Part shown: piece by piece, positions 1-8,362 of the stretch
How positions within the stretch are numbered: the first letter of the stretch is position 1
How the letters are laid out: each line of letters opens with the position of its first letter
Source of the DNA: Synergistaceae bacterium
GTDB lineage: Bacteria; Synergistota; Synergistia; Synergistales; 79-D21
DNA length: 64,000 bases
Direction: 5' to 3'
Assembly (NCBI GenBank): GCA_029267465.1
Contig: JAJUIT010000001.1
Location: 2,589 to 66,588 of the forward strand
Notes under the pieces: model-generated
What the model was told of the DNA's origin: nothing
Database searches by the model: none
Seen by the model: only the letters and a program-made list of their open reading frames with translations
Program-made: the position numbers and the translations under genes

Positions 1-1139
1 GAGACGGGACCAGCGAAACGGTCCGCTTCGACGACACATCGGGACGGATCGAGATCTACAGCGGAACGGACGGCGAGCTTCTGTGGGGCACCGAGATCGG
101 CGCCTCGCTGAACTACTCCCTCCTCCAGGTCGACGACGGATCGGGAGGAACGATCCCTTACCTTGCGGAGTTCAACGATACTCCCGCAGGAAACCGGGAA
201 CTGGTTCTCTGGGGTGAGGACGGTTCAGGAGGGATGGGCCGTTTCTCGGTCGAGCTGTCGGTCGCTGACGATGGAAGTTTCGAAATCCCCTCCGGACTGC
301 AGATGACGGTCGGAGGGAGATCCATCGATCTCTCGGCGACGTCTTCCAGCCAGGGCGTTTCGCTGGCTCAATCGGGGAAAACGATCCAAACCTTCACTCC
401 AAGGACATCGAGCGTCCATTCCAGCAAGTTCGAAATCTTCGATTCCCAGGGAAATTCCTACACCCTGGAAACAAGCTGGGAGAAGGTGGATAACAACCTG
501 TGGCGCTGGAGAGCGTGGCTTCCCGACACTCCGGGAGTGGCCCTTGAGAACAACACGGGACTGGTTGAATTCTCCCCCGACGGGCTCGTCAAGCGGGTGA
601 TGGACGCTTCCGGGGCTGAAGCCAGCACCATGACGATCAACTTTGCAGCCCTGGGCGCCAGCGATTCCACCATTCAACTCGATTTCACGGGGAAAGCCCT
701 AGGGGTCGGGGCTATCGATGCCGTGACCCAGTTCGGTTCCTCCTCTACCACAAAGGAATATTTCCAGGATGGATACCGCATGGGAATCCTGAAGGACTAT
801 TCGGTCGGAGCCGACGGGGTGATCCAGGGTGTCTATGACAATGGCCGAACGCAGGATCTCTACACCGTCGCCCTGGCCGTTTTCTCAAATCCAAGCGGAC
901 TCAACAAGCTGGGAAGCGGAGCCTATCGAGAAACGGCAAACTCGGGTTCGCCCCAGATCCTCAAGCCTGGAGAAGGCGGAGCCGGAAACATCGCCGGAAG
1001 CAGCCTCGAGGCTTCCAACGTCGACCTGACTTCCGAATTCGTCAACCTGATCAAGGCCCAGAGAGGATTCCAGGCGTCCGCCCGTGTCATCACCACCAGC
1101 GACCAGATCCTGGAAGAACTGATGAACCTCAAGCGGTAA
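1..1139 (+). CDS. flgE: Flagellar hook protein FlgE, C-terminal part (5' end outside window)
   Basis: The frame starting at nt 3 is open from the window edge; the ORF track only begins at the internal Met at 234. The C-terminus DLTSEFVNLIKAQRGFQASARVITTSDQILEELMNLKR is the conserved hook/rod C-terminal domain. It is preceded by FlgE-like YFQDGY...GVIQGVYDNGRTQDLYTVALAVFSNPSGL. Confidence 0.9.
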   Translation, partial: DGTSETVRFDDTSGRIEIYSGTDGELLWGTEIGASLNYSLLQVDDGSGGTIPYLAEFNDTPAGNRELVLWGEDGSGGMGRFSVELSVADDGSFEIPSGLQMTVGGRSIDLSATSSSQGVSLAQSGKTIQTFTPRTSSVHSSKFEIFDSQGNSYTLETSWEKVDNNLWRWRAWLPDTPGVALENNTGLVEFSPDGLVKRVMDASGAEASTMTINFAALGASDSTIQLDFTGKALGVGAIDAVTQFGSSSTTKEYFQDGYRMGILKDYSVGADGVIQGVYDNGRTQDLYTVALAVFSNPSGLNKLGSGAYRETANSGSPQILKPGEGGAGNIAGSSLEASNVDLTSEFVNLIKAQRGFQASARVITTSDQILEELMNLKR

Positions 1140-1177
1140 AAGTCAGGCTCCCGTAAAAAGCGAAGGAGGGGGTTCCC

Positions 1178-4111
1178 TTGCAGCGCGTTTCCCAATCGAT
1201 GCTCCATAAATTGTTCCTCCGGGATTTGCACGGGGGGCTGAACCGGTTGCTGGATGTCCAGCGACAGATGTCCAGCCAGCAGAAGTATTCCAAACCCTCT
1301 GACAACCCCTCCGAGGTCGCTCGCGGGATGTCCGTCAGCGGCACCCTTTTCCTGAACGAGCAACACCGGAAAAACCTGGACGATGCGGTGACCTGGCTGT
1401 CCAATACCGACCAGGCTTTGGGCCAGATGGGAGACATCCTGACGGCAATCCGGGAGAAAGCGGTCTACGCCGGAAGCGGCTCCCTATCCGAAATCGACCG
1501 GCGGGCCATCGCCCAGAACATCCGCGCGCTGAGAGAGGAACTGGTTCAGACCGCGAATTACAACGTGGAGGGGCGGTATCTCCTTTCCGGAACGGAAACC
1601 TCGCTTCCGCCGTTCGCCCTGAAACCCGACGGAACGGTTTCCTACCAGGGAAATCTCTCGAAAGTCTCCTTCGAGGTCGATCAGGGGCAAACCGGCCTTG
1701 TTTCTCTCAACGGCAGGGATCTCTTCCCCACCGGTTTCACCCGGAGAGAAGCCCTGAGCCTCGAGGTTCCGCTGGACTTTTCCTGGAAGGGACCATCGCA
1801 GCAGCTGGAGATCCGGACTGGATCGAAGACCATCCTGATCCCTTTTCCGCTCCGCTGGAGCGATCAGAACGGGGACTCGGATGTGGATGCTTCCGATTTT
1901 GACGGTTTTCTCTCCCCGGGAGAATCCGTCTCCGGCTATTCACTTCGGGAAATCGCCGACATCATCAACGGAAACGAAGGGGCACGGCAACTTGTTCGAG
2001 CTTCTGTGGAAAGCGATTCAACCGCTGGAATCCAGAGGCTTCGGATCCTAAGCCTTTCCGGGGAGCCTCTTCAGATCTCCTCCCTTCCATGGGAGGAAAC
2101 CCTTTCAAGGGGGGAGAGCCTGAAATCCGAGGCTGTCGGATCCTCGTGGACCGCGTCTCAGGCGGGTGAAATCGCCGTCCGACTTTTCGACGGGACCGTT
2201 CAGACGGTTTCCCTGAAACCAGGGGACACCCTCGATTCCGTTTCGAAAGCCCTGGGGGCAATCCCCGGCCTTTGGGCAGGAACCCGGCAGGACGGATCGG
2301 TGTTGCTGGTCCAGGAGGGCAGCCAGCCCTTCAATCTCACCGCCTCAGGATCCGCCAAGGATCTCTTCCCGTCGGGGGCGGCAAGCTCGAGCCCCATCCT
2401 TGAAGCCCCCTCGATCGGACAGGAAACGCTGACGATGGCTCTGGGACTCGATACGGCCGTCCGGTCCAATGCGGTTCCATCGGGGCAATCTCTCGGCAGC
2501 ACGCTGGGGAAGCCTCTCGATCTGGTCCTCCTCTCGGGAAACCGCAGGCTAGAGCTTTCGATCGCGGACGACGGCGACCTCACGCTCGAGGAACTGGCGG
2601 GACGAATCAAAGCTTCCGCAGGAGACTGGGTTGATGTTGTGCTCAAGGAATCACCGGAAAAAGAAAGCCTGGGGAACCCCGCATCCCAGAATGCGGAGGG
2701 TGGCCTCCAGCGCCTGGTTTTGAGGGCAAGGGACGGCGGTCCCCTGATCGTCTTCGACAAGCAGAACGATTGGGCCCAGCAACTGGGCTTGAACAATGCG
2801 GTCCTATCGGGAAATCTGACAGGACTGACTTTTCCCGGTCTGGCGGATCGTACCGCCCGTGTCGGGGTCCAGATCGGGGAAGAGACGTTCGTGGTCAGGA
2901 TTTCTCCTTCTGAAGTCACCCGCCCGGACGGAACGGTTGATCCGGCAGCCCTGGCCCAGCGGATCCAGGACCAGGTCGGCGAAGACCGGTTCCATGCCGA
3001 ACTGGTGCAAACGGACCTGGGCAGCGGATCCACCAGCCTTGCCTTCTTTTCTCCCGCTGGAGAGCCGGTCCGGATGGTCGACCTGAGCTACGCCGACCCG
3101 TCCCTGGGAGGACTGACCTCGGGCCTGGCCCTGTCCCTCGGGCTTGCCTCCGGAATTGCCGGGGACGCGGTAAACAGCGACACCGTCGCGCCTGGAGGCG
3201 GAGCGTTTGCCGTTTCAACGGCCGGACGAAGCCTGACCGTGTCTGTCAATCCAACGGACACGGTGAAAACGATCGCCAGAAAGCTCAGGGATCTGGCGGG
3301 TTCCTGGCTGGACGTCTCCCTCTCGCAGAAGGGCACCGGTCAGCTTTCACTCGCTCTATCCGCGAAGGATGGAAGCCCCCTGAGCGTTTCAGACCGGGTC
3401 GGGAATCCCGCCGAGATCTTCGGCATCAGCACCGACCTTCGCCTTCAGGCAGGGACCTGGACCGGAGGAGGGATTCTCACCCTGGAGACGCAGGGCGCAA
3501 GCCAGACGTTTGACCTCCAGGGTATCGACAGCCTGCAGGGCATTGCCTCTCTCGTCAATGCCCGCTTTTCGAATGGGGAGATCCGCGCCTCGGTTCTGGG
3601 GACCGGTCCGGAGCAGCAGCTCGTTTTTGAATCGCTTGGCGGATACCGGATCCGGGTGACTCCTCCTTCCGAAATGTCGCCGGTGCCCGTCATTTCTCCG
3701 GTACGATCGCCCGCAGCGGAAAACCTGGAACGGAACCAGAAAGTCGTTTCTCGCAGCGGCCTGGACGTCCGGGATGCGGATCTTTTTGACCTTTTGGGAG
3801 ATCTTGCCGTCGCGGTCGAACAGGGGGCCACAGAAACAATTTCCGCCAATTTTCTGGCCCGCCTCGACCAGGCCTCCGACGACCTCCTGGGAGCCCGCTC
3901 GCTCTGCGGCTCCATCCAGCGGCGCTATGAAACCGCCCGGGCCCGCCTGGAAGAAAACGGAATCGCCTACACGGACCTGTACAGCAAGATCATGGACACC
4001 GACATGGCCGAAGCGACGATGGAATTCCAGGTCGCACAAACCGTCTACCAGGCAACCTTGGCGACCATTTCCAGGGTGATTCAGCCCACGCTCGTTGATT
4101 ATCTCCGTTAG
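1178..4111 (+). CDS. flgL: Hook-filament junction protein FlgL (HAP3), unusually large (977 aa)
   Basis: TTG start 6 nt after a GAAGGAGGGGG RBS. The N-terminus (KPSDNPSEVARGMSVSGTLFLNEQHRKNLDDAVTWLSNTDQALGQMGDILTAIREKAVYAGSGSLSEIDRRAIAQNIRALREEL...GRYLLSG) and C-terminus (RRYETARARLEENGIAYTDLYSKIMDTDMAEATMEFQVAQTVYQATLATISRVIQPTLVDYL) are FlgL/flagellin-family termini. About 700 aa of extra sequence lies between them. Confidence 0.85.
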   Translation: MQRVSQSMLHKLFLRDLHGGLNRLLDVQRQMSSQQKYSKPSDNPSEVARGMSVSGTLFLNEQHRKNLDDAVTWLSNTDQALGQMGDILTAIREKAVYAGSGSLSEIDRRAIAQNIRALREELVQTANYNVEGRYLLSGTETSLPPFALKPDGTVSYQGNLSKVSFEVDQGQTGLVSLNGRDLFPTGFTRREALSLEVPLDFSWKGPSQQLEIRTGSKTILIPFPLRWSDQNGDSDVDASDFDGFLSPGESVSGYSLREIADIINGNEGARQLVRASVESDSTAGIQRLRILSLSGEPLQISSLPWEETLSRGESLKSEAVGSSWTASQAGEIAVRLFDGTVQTVSLKPGDTLDSVSKALGAIPGLWAGTRQDGSVLLVQEGSQPFNLTASGSAKDLFPSGAASSSPILEAPSIGQETLTMALGLDTAVRSNAVPSGQSLGSTLGKPLDLVLLSGNRRLELSIADDGDLTLEELAGRIKASAGDWVDVVLKESPEKESLGNPASQNAEGGLQRLVLRARDGGPLIVFDKQNDWAQQLGLNNAVLSGNLTGLTFPGLADRTARVGVQIGEETFVVRISPSEVTRPDGTVDPAALAQRIQDQVGEDRFHAELVQTDLGSGSTSLAFFSPAGEPVRMVDLSYADPSLGGLTSGLALSLGLASGIAGDAVNSDTVAPGGGAFAVSTAGRSLTVSVNPTDTVKTIARKLRDLAGSWLDVSLSQKGTGQLSLALSAKDGSPLSVSDRVGNPAEIFGISTDLRLQAGTWTGGGILTLETQGASQTFDLQGIDSLQGIASLVNARFSNGEIRASVLGTGPEQQLVFESLGGYRIRVTPPSEMSPVPVISPVRSPAAENLERNQKVVSRSGLDVRDADLFDLLGDLAVAVEQGATETISANFLARLDQASDDLLGARSLCGSIQRRYETARARLEENGIAYTDLYSKIMDTDMAEATMEFQVAQTVYQATLATISRVIQPTLVDYLR

Positions 4112-4113
4112 TC

Positions 4114-5214
4114 ATGCAGGAAAGGACGGAAGAGGCCACTCCAAGAAAACGGAGCCGGGAACGGGAAGAGGGACGTGTAGCGCAAAGCCGGGATTTCACG
4201 GGGGCTTTCGTGTTGCTCAGCGCCCTTTTTGTCTTGTACGGGTTCAGCCAGTTCGCTTCTTCCGCCTACCTGGATTTTTTCCGATGGTCCTTCGGTGAGA
4301 TCGTTTCCGTTGGACAGGCTGAAGGCGGCTGGGCTTTCCGTTTTTTCGACAAGGGGCTTCTTTGTTTCCTCTGGGTCTGGCTCCCCACGGCCCTGGCCGC
4401 TACCGCGGCGGCCGTCGGGTTGTCCCTGCTCCAGGTGGGCGTCAAGATCACCCCCCTGGCCTTCAGGCCTAAATTCGACCGGTTCAACCCTGTGACCGGG
4501 ATCGGCCGCATGTTCAGCCGAAGATCGTCTGTCGAAGCCCTGAAGGCGGTCCTGAAAGCCTCGATCCTCTTTACGATCCTGTTCAATTCGGTCAGAAAAG
4601 AATTCCCCCTCTTCTCGGACACGGCTCAGGTCTCCGGGATCGGGGGATTTTCGCTGTTGTTCCCACCTCTCTTCCGTATCGCGATGAAACTGGGGTTCGC
4701 CCTGGTCGGGATCGGACTTTTCGATCTTTTCTATCAGAAATGGGAGTTTTCCAGATCCATCCGAATGACCAAGCAGGAACTGAAGGACGATTTCAAGCAA
4801 ACGGAAGGGGATCCCCTCGTCCGGCAGCGGATCCGCAGCAAACAGGCCGAGATCGGCCGAAAGCAGATGATGGCCAAGGTTCCCTCCGCAGACGTGGTGA
4901 TCGCCAACCCTACCCACGTCGCCGTGGCTTTAAAATACGACCGCGAAAAGATGAAGGCACCGGTTGTCGTTGCCAAGGGAGCCGATCTGGTCGCTTTGAA
5001 AATCCGGGAAATCGCGAAGGATGCCGGGGTTCCCGTCGTGCAGGACCGGCGACTCGCAAGGAGTCTTTTCTCCGAAACGGAGCTGGACCGGGAAATCCCC
5101 GAGAAGTTTTACGTTGCCGTAGCCGAGGTCCTCGTCCATGTCTACGAATTGGCCAGGCAGACCAGGTCCCGGGCCGGAAGGAACGGAAACACGAGGGTCA
5201 GCGTGCCAGCCTGA
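4114..5214 (+). CDS. flhB: Flagellar export apparatus switch protein FlhB
   Basis: N-terminal EEATPRKRSREREEGRVAQSRD motif, four hydrophobic segments, and the autocleavage motif NPTHVAVALKY. It starts 2 nt after the flgL stop. Confidence 0.95.
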   Translation: MQERTEEATPRKRSREREEGRVAQSRDFTGAFVLLSALFVLYGFSQFASSAYLDFFRWSFGEIVSVGQAEGGWAFRFFDKGLLCFLWVWLPTALAATAAAVGLSLLQVGVKITPLAFRPKFDRFNPVTGIGRMFSRRSSVEALKAVLKASILFTILFNSVRKEFPLFSDTAQVSGIGGFSLLFPPLFRIAMKLGFALVGIGLFDLFYQKWEFSRSIRMTKQELKDDFKQTEGDPLVRQRIRSKQAEIGRKQMMAKVPSADVVIANPTHVAVALKYDREKMKAPVVVAKGADLVALKIREIAKDAGVPVVQDRRLARSLFSETELDREIPEKFYVAVAEVLVHVYELARQTRSRAGRNGNTRVSVPA

Positions 5215-5704
5215 TCCATTCTTCCGCGTCGGGGAACTTGAGGTCCTGGACCAGAATTTCATCCCTCAGAGACTCCAGGAAATCCCTTTCCACTTCCGGG
5301 TCGACCGGACAGATTTTCCTGTCCCGGATCGCTACGTAATGATCGTAGGCCTTCAGGCAGTGACGATTCCAACGCGAACCCAGCTTCACGTAGTTGAAAA
5401 GCGTCTCAGAGAAGGGAAGCTTGAGGTTCTGCCTGTGGACTTCGAGCACGTAGACATCCTCCGGGTCGCTCCACGGCCAGGCTCCAGTCTGTGAGGAAAA
5501 GGAAATCACGAATCGCTTCCCCGCGAGCCGCTCGCAGGAAAGCGCAACGAACCGGGTCAGGAAGCGATTGAAGGAATCCAGTTCCCTGGTTCTCAACGAA
5601 GCCACCTGGATTTCCTTTTGCCAGGACTCCATCCGATAGCCCGGTTTCCGTCCGACCGTTCTTTTACCCTTTCTATTGGAGTGTTCGAGATTCTCCCGGT
5701 CCAT
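5198..5704 (-). CDS. Hypothetical protein (about 168 aa; ORF is open to 5725)
   Basis: Codon third positions are G/C-biased like neighbouring genes. The sequence is not low-complexity (PFSETLFNYVKLGSRWNRHCLKAYDHYVAIRDRKICPVDPEVERDFLESL). No recognisable motif. The start is uncertain (TTG 5725, ATG 5722, ATG 5704 or ATG 5632). The 3' end overlaps flhB convergently by 17 nt. Confidence 0.45.
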   Translation of the reverse strand: MDRENLEHSNRKGKRTVGRKPGYRMESWQKEIQVASLRTRELDSFNRFLTRFVALSCERLAGKRFVISFSSQTGAWPWSDPEDVYVLEVHRQNLKLPFSETLFNYVKLGSRWNRHCLKAYDHYVAIRDRKICPVDPEVERDFLESLRDEILVQDLKFPDAEEWIRLAR

Positions 5705-5769
5705 TCGTATCTCTCTCTCCATCAACGAGATTGATCAGTCAAGACCTGATGCGGAAAGGAGGAGCAGGG

Positions 5770-6246
5770 ATGCTCCCCGGTTTCGAGGAAGAAAAGGCCG
5801 CTCCTGACTATCTTGCTCTTGTGGACGCCTCCGGCCGCCTTTGGGATAGCGCCGATTTTTCCCATCTCAACCTTCGGTTCCCCACTCTGGAGAGAATCCT
5901 CCGATTCATCCTGGAAAAGGGGTACGAAGACTGCCGGGTTCGGGTTTCCGAAAACCTCGCACCGATCCGCATCCGCTGCCTTGATCGACACGGAGCCTTC
6001 TGGGAAATCTGGCAATCCCAGAACAACCGGAAACCTGAAGAAAAGAACCCGGCGGTTCGATTCTTTTTCGATGCCGAAAACGGAGTGCTCAGGCCTGCCG
6101 ATTTCCGCGACCCCTTCATCCGGCTCGAAGGCGACAATCCCACGCGGCAAAAGATCGTCGCTTCCCTTTTCGTTCACTGGCTTGCGAACCAGCTCTTCCT
6201 CCCGGAAGAGGAAGAGCTGGTTCGCTGCGTCCAGCCGCTGACTTAG
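5770..6246 (+). CDS. Hypothetical protein (about 158 aa)
   Basis: The ORF track begins at TTG 5731, but ATG 5770 is preceded by AAAGGAGGAG with 5-6 nt spacing. Composition is protein-like (LERILRFILEKGYEDCRVRVSENLAPIRIRCLDRHGAFWEIW). No recognisable family. The overlapping minus-strand ORF 5722..6177 looks like an antisense artefact. Confidence 0.45.
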   Translation: MLPGFEEEKAAPDYLALVDASGRLWDSADFSHLNLRFPTLERILRFILEKGYEDCRVRVSENLAPIRIRCLDRHGAFWEIWQSQNNRKPEEKNPAVRFFFDAENGVLRPADFRDPFIRLEGDNPTRQKIVASLFVHWLANQLFLPEEEELVRCVQPLT

Positions 6247-6701
6247 GAAATCCGCTGTCCGAACTCCTCCTGGCGTGACTCGACTAGCAGTTTTTCCACG
6301 TCCAGGACGACGACCAGGTTTTCGCCGAGAACTGCGATCCCGAGAACCAATCCCTTTGGAAAACCGGCGCTGTTCTCGCCATCCTCGACAGGCTGAAGGG
6401 AATCCAGAGATACTTCCTCGATCGAGGTGACGTCATCCGCGATCAGCCCCTGAATGTTCCCCTCTTCCGAGGCCACAACGAGGATCTTGGAGGGACACGG
6501 GTCCTCCGGTTCGCTTTTCCCAATGAACCGCCTCAGGCTCGTCACGGCCACCAGTTCCCCGCGGACATTCATGAATCCGGCGAAAAAATCCGGTGTTCCT
6601 GGCACGGGCGTAATCTCGGAAAACGGCAGGATCTCCCGGACAACCTCGATGGGAATTCCATAGCGCTCCTGATCCAGTTTCAACACCACAATCCGGCTCA
6701 T
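6243..6701 (-). CDS. cheW: Chemotaxis coupling protein CheW
   Basis: CheW-like domain: VVLKLDQERYGIPIEVVREILPFSEITPVPGTPDFFAGFMNVRGELVAVTSLRRFIG. It lies 26 nt downstream of the sigma factor gene. Confidence 0.9.
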   Translation of the reverse strand: MSRIVVLKLDQERYGIPIEVVREILPFSEITPVPGTPDFFAGFMNVRGELVAVTSLRRFIGKSEPEDPCPSKILVVASEEGNIQGLIADDVTSIEEVSLDSLQPVEDGENSAGFPKGLVLGIAVLGENLVVVLDVEKLLVESRQEEFGQRIS

Positions 6702-6727
6702 TTCTCAGCCACACCCCCTGCACGGAG

Positions 6728-7774
6728 TTATCTCCCAGGGCCTGTTCCCAGGATTTCCCAGGCTTCTCCCAGTTCTTCAAGCCTTCGATTGCTCTTCAGC
6801 CGCTTCAGTGCCCGGTTTAAAACCGACCGGGCGAATTCCGAGCTTTTCCCGAATTCTGCGCCGATATCTGCCAGCGTATGAGGGGTTTTGCATTCGCCGA
6901 GGCCGAAACGCCGGGAAAGGATTTCGAATTCCGTCTGGGACAACTCGCTCCGGAGGGCTTCCAGGACAGATTCCTTCAGCAGGCGGGTTTCAACATCGCC
7001 AGCCGCCTCTTCCTGAACGGCAGCCTGCGAAAAAGGGGCCGCCATCTCTCCAAGAACGTGTTTTTCCGGATCGACGCGGAACGCCGTTCCCCCCTCTGAG
7101 TCTGCCCAGGAATCAATGGAAATCACGTTCTGGCTGATCCGGGCGAGCTCCCGGATCCTTTCGGTGCGAACCGGATCCTCCGAATGGTCTTTCTTCCCGT
7201 CCCGGAAGGCTCGGATCTCGTTTGAATGGGTTTGCGCCGAAATACCAGCGTAGCCGGGAACCGAGAACCCCCAACGATGCTGGAGGTAGGCAACCCGCAT
7301 CCTCTGGTAGATCCACGGAATGCCGTAGGTGCTGAAGCGGGTGTTTTTCCGGTAGTCAAACCGTGCAACCGCTGTCATCAACCCCAGAATGCCCTCCTGC
7401 ACGAGGTCCATGAACGTCAGGAAGCTCTGACACCCGTACTTCTTCCTCAGCTTTCGGGCACAGGCGACGACCAGTCGCAGGTTCGCCGTGACAAACCGGT
7501 CAAAAGCCTCCTTGTCGTGATGCTCCAGGATTCTTCTTGAAAGGGATTTCTCTTCCTCCGGGGAAAGGAGGGGTGTCCTTCCGAGAAACTCCCGAAAGAA
7601 ATCCTCATAATCCAGCCCGACTTCCCATTCCCCCTCTGAAAACAGGAGGGATTCCTCCCCCGCGCCTTCGCTCTGCATCTCCTCCAGCTCAATTTCAGAA
7701 ATCCCTTCTCCCGGTTCCAGTTCCTTTTCCCGTGCATCCAAAAGACATTCTTCTGCCTGTCTCATCCCTGACAT
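6728..7774 (-). CDS. Sigma-70 family RNA polymerase sigma factor with acidic N-terminal extension
   Basis: Region 2: ANLRLVVACARKLRKKYG...FMDLVQEGILGLMTAVARFDYRKNTRFSTYGIPWIYQRM. Region 4 HTH: TLADIGAEFGKSSEFARSVLNRALKRLK. Start chosen at ATG 7774, preceded by GGGAGGGAG with 6 nt spacing; the ORF is open to 7819. It is distinct from FliA at 51402..52202. Confidence 0.8.
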   Translation of the reverse strand: MSGMRQAEECLLDAREKELEPGEGISEIELEEMQSEGAGEESLLFSEGEWEVGLDYEDFFREFLGRTPLLSPEEEKSLSRRILEHHDKEAFDRFVTANLRLVVACARKLRKKYGCQSFLTFMDLVQEGILGLMTAVARFDYRKNTRFSTYGIPWIYQRMRVAYLQHRWGFSVPGYAGISAQTHSNEIRAFRDGKKDHSEDPVRTERIRELARISQNVISIDSWADSEGGTAFRVDPEKHVLGEMAAPFSQAAVQEEAAGDVETRLLKESVLEALRSELSQTEFEILSRRFGLGECKTPHTLADIGAEFGKSSEFARSVLNRALKRLKSNRRLEELGEAWEILGTGPGR

Positions 7775-7931
7775 CGTCGGCTCCCTCCCTGGATCCGCTG
7801 ATCGGAATCGACCATCCATCTTCAGTATCGGCCGCCTGGGATTCGGAAGTAAGTTTGCCCACGATCGAGATACAATGATTCATGATGGGATTTTCGTCTG
7901 AACCCGGACGATTGCCCGAGGGGGAAGAAGA

Positions 7932-8240
7932 ATGGAAGAGACCTCCAGAGTTGACCGGGAAATCCCTCTCCAGCCAGTCAGGATCAACCCTGGCAGCCAC
8001 GGCTATGGTTCAGGACCCGGGATCGAAAACGCGGATCCTGAAAATGCGGCGCGGATTGCTTCCCTCATTCGGGAACTGGCCCTGGTTTTCGGTCGAGAGA
8101 TCGATTGCCACCCTGAGGGGAAAGAACTTCTGATCGCTGACAAGAGCGGAGAGTGTCTTCGAATGTCCCTTCAGCAGGCTCTTCGGCTGGTCGAAGCGGT
8201 CCGAACCGAGCTTGGGCCGATCCTCGACCGAAGGGCATAG
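7932..8240 (+). CDS. FlaG-like flagellar protein (102 aa)
   Basis: The size and C-terminal pattern (ADKSGECLRMSLQQALRLVEAVRTELGPILDRRA) resemble the FlaG family tail (xD..tGEvIRqiP.eeal.la..l.e..Gll.D.kA). RBS GAGGGGGAAGAAGA precedes the ATG. Confidence 0.5.
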   Translation: MEETSRVDREIPLQPVRINPGSHGYGSGPGIENADPENAARIASLIRELALVFGREIDCHPEGKELLIADKSGECLRMSLQQALRLVEAVRTELGPILDRRA

Positions 8241-8362
8241 CCCTCTTTAGCCCCGTTGCCTTTGTGCCCCTGTTCCAATCGCGTGTTCGCCTCTACAGAA
8301 AGAGCTCCGACACTCCGAAACTGAAGGGGAGAGAAAGTTGCTCCTGAAGCAGGAGGGACACG

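Noticed and set aside
5722-6177. 151 aa minus-strand ORF opposite the 5770..6246 gene
   Set aside because: The plus-strand frame has an excellent RBS and more natural composition. The minus-strand translation is less protein-like. This cannot be fully excluded without comparative data.
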